NCBI RefSeq assembly: GCF_000284115.1
Contig: NC_017080.1
Location: 2,280,001-2,312,000 of the forward strand
Source of the DNA: Phycisphaera mikurensis NBRC 102666
Lineage (GTDB): Bacteria; Planctomycetota; Phycisphaerae; Phycisphaerales; Phycisphaeraceae
Direction of reading: 5' to 3'
Length of the DNA: 32,000 nucleotides
Part shown: positions 25,941-32,000 of the stretch, piece by piece
Layout: every line of letters starts with the position of its first letter
Numbering within the stretch: the first letter of the stretch is position 1
Position numbers and translations under genes: made by a program
The notes under the pieces: model-generated
The model's database searches: none
What the model was told of the DNA's origin: nothing
Seen by the model: only the letters and a program-made list of their open reading frames with translations

Positions 25941-27254
25941 GTGGAGTCGGAGCGCGCCGTGCTCGTCGCCGCCCTGCTGCCCGACTTCAACGGCAACCCG
26001 CACGACCCCCTCGACGAGCTCCGCAGCCTCGCGGGCACGGCCGGCGCCCTCCCCGTCGCCGAGATCCTGCAGAAGAAGGGCAAGCCCGAGCCCGCGACCT
26101 TCATCGGCCGCGGCAAGGTGCAAGAGGTCGCCGAGGCGATCCGCCTGCACGAAGCGCAGGTGGTGATCTTTGAGAACGACCTCACCCCGCGGCAGATCGC
26201 CAACCTGGAGGAGCGGGTGGAGGCCAAGGTGGTCGACCGCTCCGAGCTGATCCTGGACATCTTCGCCTCGCGTGCCACCACGCACGAGGCGAGGCTGCAG
26301 GTCGAGCTGGCGCAGCTGCAGTACACCTTCCCGCGCCTCCGCGCGATGTGGAGCCACCTCGAGCGTATCTCCGGCGGCGCCCCCACCGGCATCGGCACGC
26401 GCGGGCCCGGCGAGCAGCAGCTCGAGGTCGACCGGCGGATCGTGCGGAAGAAGCTGGGCCTGCTGCGGAGCCAGATCGCGGAGATCCAGGGCCGCAAGGA
26501 GCGGGCCGTGGCCGCGCGGAACCTCGACCACTTCAGCGTCGGGCTCGTGGGCTACACCAACGCCGGCAAGAGCACGCTCTTCAACAGCCTCACCGCCGCG
26601 GGCACCTACGCCGACGACAAGCTCTTCGCGACGCTGTCGACCAAGACGCGCGAGTGGAAGCTCGGCGGCGGCGACGCCGTGATGCTCTCGGACACGGTCG
26701 GCTTCGTCCGCAACCTGCCCCACCACCTCGTGGCATCGTTCAAGGCGACGCTGGAGGAGGCGGTCCACGCTCACCTGCTGCTGCTCGTGGTCGACGTGAG
26801 CGACCCGCACTGCCTCGACCACCTCAAGACGGTCCGGCACGTGCTCGACGACGTGGGCGCCGGCGAGCGGCCGTTCCTGCTGGTGCTCAACAAGATCGAC
26901 GCGATGGCCCACAACGCCGATCTGCTCGTGCTCGAATCGGAGCACCCCGACGCGATCCGCGTGTCGGCCAAGAGCGGCGACAACCTCGCCGCGTTGACCG
27001 AGGCGGTGCGGGACGCGCTGCACGGCCAGGTGCAGGAGATGGTGCTGACGGTGGATCAGGCCGACGGGAAGGCGATCACGTTCCTGGAGAACCGGACCGA
27101 GGTGCTCGGGCGCGACTACGCCGACACCACGGTCGACTTCCGCGTCCGGATCGGCGGCAACCAGCTCGACCGCCTCCGCGCCATGGACACGACCGCCCGG
27201 CTGCCCGGGGAGGCCGAGGCGCCCCCGTGGCGGGCTTCCCGCACGCCGGCTTGA
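25941..27254 (+). CDS. hflX: GTPase HflX
   Basis: GTG start. HflX N-domain: IFENDLTPRQIANLE, RLQVELAQLQYTFPRL, GTRGPGEQQLEVDRR. GTPase motifs: G1 GYTNAGKST, G3 SDTVGF, G4 LNKID. Confidence 0.9.
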   Translation: MESERAVLVAALLPDFNGNPHDPLDELRSLAGTAGALPVAEILQKKGKPEPATFIGRGKVQEVAEAIRLHEAQVVIFENDLTPRQIANLEERVEAKVVDRSELILDIFASRATTHEARLQVELAQLQYTFPRLRAMWSHLERISGGAPTGIGTRGPGEQQLEVDRRIVRKKLGLLRSQIAEIQGRKERAVAARNLDHFSVGLVGYTNAGKSTLFNSLTAAGTYADDKLFATLSTKTREWKLGGGDAVMLSDTVGFVRNLPHHLVASFKATLEEAVHAHLLLLVVDVSDPHCLDHLKTVRHVLDDVGAGERPFLLVLNKIDAMAHNADLLVLESEHPDAIRVSAKSGDNLAALTEAVRDALHGQVQEMVLTVDQADGKAITFLENRTEVLGRDYADTTVDFRVRIGGNQLDRLRAMDTTARLPGEAEAPPWRASRTPA

Positions 27255-27273
27255 ATCCCCGGCCGCCGCGCGC

Positions 27274-27328
27274 CCGCTCACCCGGTGTACGATCCCGCGG
27301 CATGCGACGCCGCGGGATCCGTGAGCGG
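27274..27328 (+). terminator. Composite GC hairpin 20 nt downstream of hflX (candidate terminator/attenuator ahead of the PilM-like cluster)
   Basis: Inner stem GATCCCGCGG (27291-27300) pairs with CCGCGGGATC (27310-27319), a 10-bp perfect stem with a 9-nt loop. Outer stem CCGCTCAC (27274-27281) pairs with GTGAGCGG (27321-27328). There is a 9-nt asymmetric internal loop and no U-tract. Confidence 0.4.
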
Positions 27329-27421
27329 ACACCTGCCGACCAAGCGCCGCCCTCGTGCTCCTCCCCTCTCCGGGGCTCGCCGTGATCCGCGGCGCCCGCT
27401 GAACCCGAGACACCCACCTTT

Positions 27422-29767
27422 ATGGCAAGAAGCAGCAGCAGCTGGGGAATCGACGTCGGACGCGAAGCGGTCAAGGCCGTGAAGCTGGTCCAGCGTGGAT
27501 CCGAGGTGGAGGTCGAGGCCTTCGAAGTCCTTCCTTACGACGAGGTGCTGACGGCACCGGACGTCGACACGGACCAGGCCATCCAGCTCCAGCTCGACGC
27601 CCTGCTCCAGAAGCACGAGCTCAAGAGAAGCCGCGTCGTCGCGTCGGTGCCGGGCAACACCGCCTTCGCCCGCTTCGCCAACCTGCCGCCGGTGGACCCC
27701 AAGACGATCCCCAAGATCGTCCGCTTCGAGGCCGAGCAGCAGATCCCCTTCCCGATCGACGAGGTCGAGTGGGATTACCAGGTCTTCCAGGACGCCGACA
27801 CGCCCGACGTGAAGGTGGGCATCTTCGCCATCACCAAAGAGCGGGTGATGCAGTTCCTCTCCAACTACCGCGCGGTCGACGTCCGGGTGGACGCCCTCAC
27901 GCTCTCGCCGGTCGCGGTCTTCAACGCCTTCGCGTACGACACCGCCAACGACGAGGACGCGAGCGGATCCGGCCGCGTCTACCTCGACATCGGCACGCTG
28001 TCGACCGACGTCATCATCATCGAGGACGGCGACATCTGGCTGCGGACGGTGCCCATCGGCGGCAACCACTTCACCGAAGCGCTCGTCAAGCAGTTCAAGA
28101 TCAGCTTCTCGAAAGCGGAGAAGCTCAAGCGTGAGGCCGCGACCAGCAAGTACGCCAAGCAGATCTTCCAGGCGATGCGCTCCGTCTTCGCGGACCTCGT
28201 GCAGGAAGTCCAGCGCTCCATCGGCTTCTACCAATCGATGAACCGCGAGTCGGAGCTGAGCGAGGTGGTCGGGCTCGGGTCCACCTTCAAGCTCCCGGGG
28301 CTCCAGAAGTTCCTGAAGCAGCAGCTGCAGATGGACGTCAAGAAGCCGGGGGCCTGGGAGCGGGCGGTGGTGGACGGCAAGCGGGAGTCGGAGCTGGTCG
28401 GGCAGGTGGGCGTGCTCACGACGGCCTACGGCCTCGCGTTGCAGGGCCTGGGCGTGGAGCGTGTCTCCGCCAACATCCTGCCCGCCCACGTGCTGCAGCA
28501 GCGGATGTGGCAGGCGAAGCAGCCTTGGATTGCCGCGGCGGCGGCCTGCGTCGCCGTGGGGGCGGGGCTCTACGGCGCCCGCTACTTCGTCGACCAGGCC
28601 GCGCTCGAAGAGGCTTCGACGCAGATCGCCCGCGAGGTGCAGCCGGTGCTCGCGCGGGCCAATCAGTACCGAAGCGAGGCCGAGGAGGCGAAGACGCAGG
28701 ACCCGCGCCAGGGCATCGAGAACCTGCGCCAGGTGGTGCCCAACCGCGACGTGTACCCGCTCCTGCTCGCCGACCTCGACGCCGCCATCGGCTCGGTCGG
28801 CACGCAGGAGGCGGTCCTCTCGGGTGATCCCGCCCGCATCGCCACGATCCCGCGTCGCCAGCGGCGCTTGCTCTCCATCGAGTCGGTGGTCGACACCTAC
28901 ATCCCGGCGCCCGCCACCGATGCCGAGGAGGCCGCACCGGTGGATCCCGGCCAAGGCGGATTCGGCGGCGGGTTTGACGGCGGCTTCGGCGGGGGCCCGG
29001 GCGGGTTCGGCGGCGGGCCGGAAGGCTTTGGCGGGGGCTTCGACGGCGGCTTCGGGGGCGGCGGTGGCTTCGGCGGGGGCCGGGCGGCCGGTGGCGGCGC
29101 TCCGGCGACCGGAGCCCCCACGAGCCTCGCGGAGATGATCTCGCAAGGCCAGAGCAAGGACTTCTTCGCGGGCGAGGTCGGCCCCCAGCTCGACCTGGTC
29201 ATCAAGGGCACGACCCCCTTCGAGACGCCGTCGAGTCTCCTCAGCGAGACGATTATCCAGTGGCTCCGCGACAACGCGGACCGACCGGACCGCCCCTACA
29301 TCATCGAGGTGGGCGAGCAACCCATCGCCTTCCTCCAGCAGGTGGGCGATGGCGGGGCGAGCCGCAGCCCCTCCGGCGGCATGGGGATGGGGATGGGGAT
29401 GGGCGCGGGCGGCGGCCGCGGGGGGGCGGCCGACTTCGGCAGGAGCGGGATGGGCATGCCCGGCGGCGACTTCGGCGGAGGCTTCGGCGGAGGGGGCTTC
29501 GGCGGGGGAATGGGCGGGGGCTCCGCGATGGGAGCGGCGGACCTGGCGGCCCTGCTGCCCCGATCGCCGCTCGCGGACGAAGACGCTTCCACGGACTTCC
29601 GCTTCGAGCTGCGCTTCAAGCTCCAGCTCCGCGATCCGCTCGCGCAGCCGGACGAGGAAGCGGGCGGGGCCGGCGAGCCGGAGGGCGTGGGCGATGATGC
29701 CTTCGGGCAGGACGCGGACGCGTCCGTGCGGGCGGACGGGCAGCTGACCGAAGAGGTGACCTCATGA
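27422..29767 (+). CDS. PilM/FtsA-type actin-fold protein fused to a TM helix and a PilN-like extracytoplasmic region with two Gly-rich low-complexity inserts (781 aa)
   Basis: N-terminal roughly 350 aa carries WGIDVGREAVKAVKL, VRFEAEQQIPFPIDEVEWDYQV, YLDIGTLSTDVIII, RTVPIGGNHFTEAL and GLGSTFKLPGLQKFL, which is the PilM pattern. A single hydrophobic helix follows (WIAAAAACVAVGAGLYGARYF). The C-terminal roughly 390 aa contains the GGF and GM repeats. Confidence 0.8.
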   Translation: MARSSSSWGIDVGREAVKAVKLVQRGSEVEVEAFEVLPYDEVLTAPDVDTDQAIQLQLDALLQKHELKRSRVVASVPGNTAFARFANLPPVDPKTIPKIVRFEAEQQIPFPIDEVEWDYQVFQDADTPDVKVGIFAITKERVMQFLSNYRAVDVRVDALTLSPVAVFNAFAYDTANDEDASGSGRVYLDIGTLSTDVIIIEDGDIWLRTVPIGGNHFTEALVKQFKISFSKAEKLKREAATSKYAKQIFQAMRSVFADLVQEVQRSIGFYQSMNRESELSEVVGLGSTFKLPGLQKFLKQQLQMDVKKPGAWERAVVDGKRESELVGQVGVLTTAYGLALQGLGVERVSANILPAHVLQQRMWQAKQPWIAAAAACVAVGAGLYGARYFVDQAALEEASTQIAREVQPVLARANQYRSEAEEAKTQDPRQGIENLRQVVPNRDVYPLLLADLDAAIGSVGTQEAVLSGDPARIATIPRRQRRLLSIESVVDTYIPAPATDAEEAAPVDPGQGGFGGGFDGGFGGGPGGFGGGPEGFGGGFDGGFGGGGGFGGGRAAGGGAPATGAPTSLAEMISQGQSKDFFAGEVGPQLDLVIKGTTPFETPSSLLSETIIQWLRDNADRPDRPYIIEVGEQPIAFLQQVGDGGASRSPSGGMGMGMGMGAGGGRGGAADFGRSGMGMPGGDFGGGFGGGGFGGGMGGGSAMGAADLAALLPRSPLADEDASTDFRFELRFKLQLRDPLAQPDEEAGGAGEPEGVGDDAFGQDADASVRADGQLTEEVTS
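28949..29100 (+). repeat. Coding low-complexity repeat 1: (GGF/GGGF) Gly-Phe-rich tract
   Basis: Translates to GQGGFGGGFDGGFGGGPGGFGGGPEGFGGGFDGGFGGGGGFGGGRAAGGG. The DNA is a degenerate tandem array of ggcggcttcggcggg-like units. Confidence 0.9.
29375..29540 (+). repeat. Coding low-complexity repeat 2: Gly-Met / Gly-Phe-rich tract
   Basis: Translates to GGMGMGMGMGAGGGRGGAADFGRSGMGMPGGDFGGGFGGGGFGGGMGGGSAMG. It includes (atgggg)x3 hexanucleotide repeats. Confidence 0.9.
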
Positions 29768-31221
29768 AGAGCGTGCTGATCTGGCTCAAGAACAACCCGA
29801 TCACCGTGGCCTCCGGCCTCGTGATCCTCCTCGCCCTGGGCTTCGCCGCCTGGACGTGGTCGAGCTTCGGCGCCCTGCGGGGCGATCTCGAGGCCACGGC
29901 GAGGGAGAAGGGCAAGCTCGAAAACTTCGGAAACAACACCGCGGAGCTGCCCGCGGAGGAGATCGACGCCCAGCCGCTCACCGTCGAGGGCGTCACGTAC
30001 AACCCGCCGACCGTCGATCGGATGAGGCGGATCTTCGGCGACCTCAACTCGCAGACGGAGCTGACCGCGGCGACCTTCGCGGTCTTCAACGAGCGGGGCC
30101 ACCAGCAGCTGGTCGAGGGCTTCTTCCCCTCGGCCGCGGGCGACGCCTTCAACTACAAGAACCGGTACCGCGACGCGATCCAGACCCTGCTGGCGGGCCC
30201 GGGCCCCGCGGCGGGCTTCGCGGAACAAAACGGCGTCCTGCTCCCCACGCTCAAGGCGGGGCTTCCCCCTCAGGCGCAGACGCTGCAGACGCGGCTGAAC
30301 CGCATCGCCGAGGAGGGTGCCCGCGCCTTCGGGGACCGGCTGACCGAAGACCAGATCCGGCGGCTCGAGGACGAGCAGCGGGTGGAGTTGCTGGAGGCCC
30401 TAACCGAGCGTGCCCGCGCGTTGGACGTCTACGCGATCAACGACATCGGCCCCACGACGGCGCTGAATCCCGAGTACCCGCTGCCCGTGCTCCGCTACGT
30501 CTACGAGGGCTCCCAGCCGGAGCCGCGGCAGATGTGGGAGAGCCAGATGCAGACGTGGATCCTCCAGGACCTCATCGCATCGATCGGCTTGGCCAACGGC
30601 GTGCCGGTCCCGGGTGTGGCCCCGCTGCCCGCCGCGGCACGCGGCGAAGGGGGCAGCGCCCAGGGCGTCCTCGGAGCCGTCGTGAAGCGACTGATCAGCG
30701 CGGACGTCCTGCCGGGCTACGTCGGCATCCAGAGCTCCGGCGGCGTCGGCCAGCTCGACAGCGACACGAACACCGGCCGCAACGCCTCCGCGGGCTTGGC
30801 CGCCGGTGCCGGGCCCGTGGAGGGCCTGGCGTCCGATGGTGCCGGCATCCCGGTGATCAAACCGAACTACTTCGTCAGCCCGACCGGGCGTACCAGCAAC
30901 CCGGTCTTCGACGTCCGCCACACCCGCCTGCGGGTGCACGCCGATTACACCCGCCTCCCGCTGCTCTTCGAGGCGATGGCGAAGATCAACTTCATCTCCG
31001 TCGTCGACATGAAGCTCGCCTCGATCGACGAATACGACTACTCCACCAGCGGCCGCCTCGGCGGGCCCTTCGTCTACGGCGTCGGGGAGATCGTCGACGT
31101 GGAGATGATCGTCGAGAGCCTCTGGTTCAGGAGCTGGACCGTGCCGCTGATGCCTGACAGCGTCAAGACCACGCTGGGCATCGCCACGGTCGAGCCCGCC
31201 GTCGCCGACGACACCTTCTAG
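29764..31221 (+). CDS. Bitopic membrane protein of unknown function (485 aa; loosely PilO-like organisation)
   Basis: Its ATG overlaps the upstream TGA (ATGA at 29764-29767). One N-terminal helix (ITVASGLVILLALGFAAWTW) is followed by a charged helical segment and a C-terminal beta-rich region (VRHTRLRVHADYTRLPLLFEAMAKINFISVVDMKL). No family confidently recognised. Confidence 0.65.
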   Translation: MKSVLIWLKNNPITVASGLVILLALGFAAWTWSSFGALRGDLEATAREKGKLENFGNNTAELPAEEIDAQPLTVEGVTYNPPTVDRMRRIFGDLNSQTELTAATFAVFNERGHQQLVEGFFPSAAGDAFNYKNRYRDAIQTLLAGPGPAAGFAEQNGVLLPTLKAGLPPQAQTLQTRLNRIAEEGARAFGDRLTEDQIRRLEDEQRVELLEALTERARALDVYAINDIGPTTALNPEYPLPVLRYVYEGSQPEPRQMWESQMQTWILQDLIASIGLANGVPVPGVAPLPAAARGEGGSAQGVLGAVVKRLISADVLPGYVGIQSSGGVGQLDSDTNTGRNASAGLAAGAGPVEGLASDGAGIPVIKPNYFVSPTGRTSNPVFDVRHTRLRVHADYTRLPLLFEAMAKINFISVVDMKLASIDEYDYSTSGRLGGPFVYGVGEIVDVEMIVESLWFRSWTVPLMPDSVKTTLGIATVEPAVADDTF

Positions 31222-31300
31222 ACGCGGGCCGGCCCCCACGCCCGCCCCCGAGCACCCCCGGCCTCGCGCCGCTTCCCGCCATCCTCCCTCTGGACCCTCC

Positions 31301-32000
31301 ATGGCCGCACGCCAAGCCGGCTTCTTCGTGAAGCACACGGAAAAGATCATCCTCGCGGTCGCCGCGGCCTTCGCCCTCCTCCTGGTCGCCATCGCGTGGC
31401 TCGGCGTGTTCGGGAGCCCCGCCAGCACGCGGATCAACGGCGTGGTGGTGACCCCCGAGAACGTGCAGGACATCGTCAACGCCGAGGCGGACCGCCTCCG
31501 ATCCAAGCTCGACGAGACCGAGCCCGGCGTGCCCGAGGTGCAGATCCCCAACTACGCCGAGGACTTCTCCAGCCGCATCGCCGCGCCGATCCTCGCGGGC
31601 GATCCGCGGTTGGTTAGCGGAGGCTTGGACCGAGCGGGCCTCACCGCGGCCACCTTCGTGCTGCAGCAGAACAGCTTCCCGGCCTACTTCCTGCCCACCC
31701 CGCCGGTCCCGACGGACGTGACGCTCAAGGCGGGCACCGCGGTGCTCGCCGACCCCGCGAGCGAGGGCGACGCCGCGGCGCGGGAGCGGCTGGTGGAGCT
31801 GCGGAACCGGCTGGACATCCGCGAGCCGGGCGACTTCCAGTTCGTCTCGGTGATGGGGCGCTTCCCGTTGCAGAGCTGGAGCGAGCGGCTGGAGGGGCAG
31901 GACCCCGAGGGTTCGCGGCAGCCGATCCCCGAGAACGTCTGGCGGCCGCGGCTGGGCCTGGCGGCGGTGTACCTCCTCCGCCAGCGGCAGGACGCCCGCA
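31301..32000 (+). CDS. Bitopic membrane protein of unknown function (partial, runs off the window)
   Basis: Not in the supplied ORF track because it has no stop. I translated from the ATG at 31301 through 31999 and found no stop in 233 codons. The product begins MAARQAGFFVKHTEKIILAVAAAFALLLVAIAWLGVF (one TM helix) followed by a soluble domain. Third positions are G/C-rich. Confidence 0.6.
   Translation, partial: MAARQAGFFVKHTEKIILAVAAAFALLLVAIAWLGVFGSPASTRINGVVVTPENVQDIVNAEADRLRSKLDETEPGVPEVQIPNYAEDFSSRIAAPILAGDPRLVSGGLDRAGLTAATFVLQQNSFPAYFLPTPPVPTDVTLKAGTAVLADPASEGDAAARERLVELRNRLDIREPGDFQFVSVMGRFPLQSWSERLEGQDPEGSRQPIPENVWRPRLGLAAVYLLRQRQDAR

Noticed and set aside
24515-27413. Minus-strand ORFs of 660 aa (24515..26497) and 511 aa (25878..27413)
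   Set aside because: They are antisense to the secreted-protein gene and to hflX, which has unambiguous GTPase motifs. Their composition is low-complexity Arg/Gly/Pro.
27278-29320. 680-aa minus-strand ORF
   Set aside because: It is antisense to the PilM-like gene, whose frame carries clear PilM motifs.
28949-29540. Short tandem DNA repeats considered as a possible CRISPR or VNTR array
   Set aside because: The units are 6-15 nt, degenerate and in frame within a CDS (Gly-Phe / Gly-Met tracts). There is no repeat-spacer architecture and there are no cas genes.

Overview
Very GC-rich (roughly 70% by eye), gene-dense bacterial chromosomal segment. I count about 31 credible CDS on both strands and two tRNA-Arg genes. 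There is no rRNA, CRISPR array, transposase or integrase. Because of the GC content almost every region has long spurious ORFs in several frames. I chose real frames by recognisable protein families, normal amino-acid composition (not Arg/Pro/Gly-dominated) and G/C at third codon positions.

Recognisable housekeeping genes:
- Zn-dependent alcohol dehydrogenase, serC, prfA, L31 type B, and a class IV aminotransferase.
- A complete pstSCAB phosphate-transporter operon.
- nuoB, ilvC, an RNase HII-like gene and hflX.

Accessory or signalling content:
- A single-domain PilZ protein divergent from a Tat-signal metallophosphoesterase.
- A PEP-CTERM surface protein wedged between rpmE and prfA.
- A three-gene run: a 728-aa unknown protein, an HD-GYP phosphodiesterase and LarB.
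- Several lipoproteins.

The PEP-CTERM protein, weak or absent Shine-Dalgarno sequences, the extreme GC and the PilM architecture suggest Planctomycetota (Phycisphaerae-like). This is inference only.

Best candidates for something undescribed:
1. The 3'-terminal cluster at 27422 to beyond 32000. It encodes a PilM/FtsA-type actin-fold protein fused to a transmembrane helix and a PilN-like region that is split by two Gly-Phe / Gly-Met low-complexity inserts. It is translationally coupled to two unknown bitopic membrane proteins, with no other pilus genes in view.
2. A 155-bp MITE-like palindrome with 18-bp perfect terminal inverted repeats and TAA flanks, sitting exactly between two convergent stop codons (3619-3777).
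3. The unknown 728-aa protein, which shares its N-terminal module with the HD-GYP enzyme encoded immediately downstream.

All family assignments are from reading the translations; no database search was possible.
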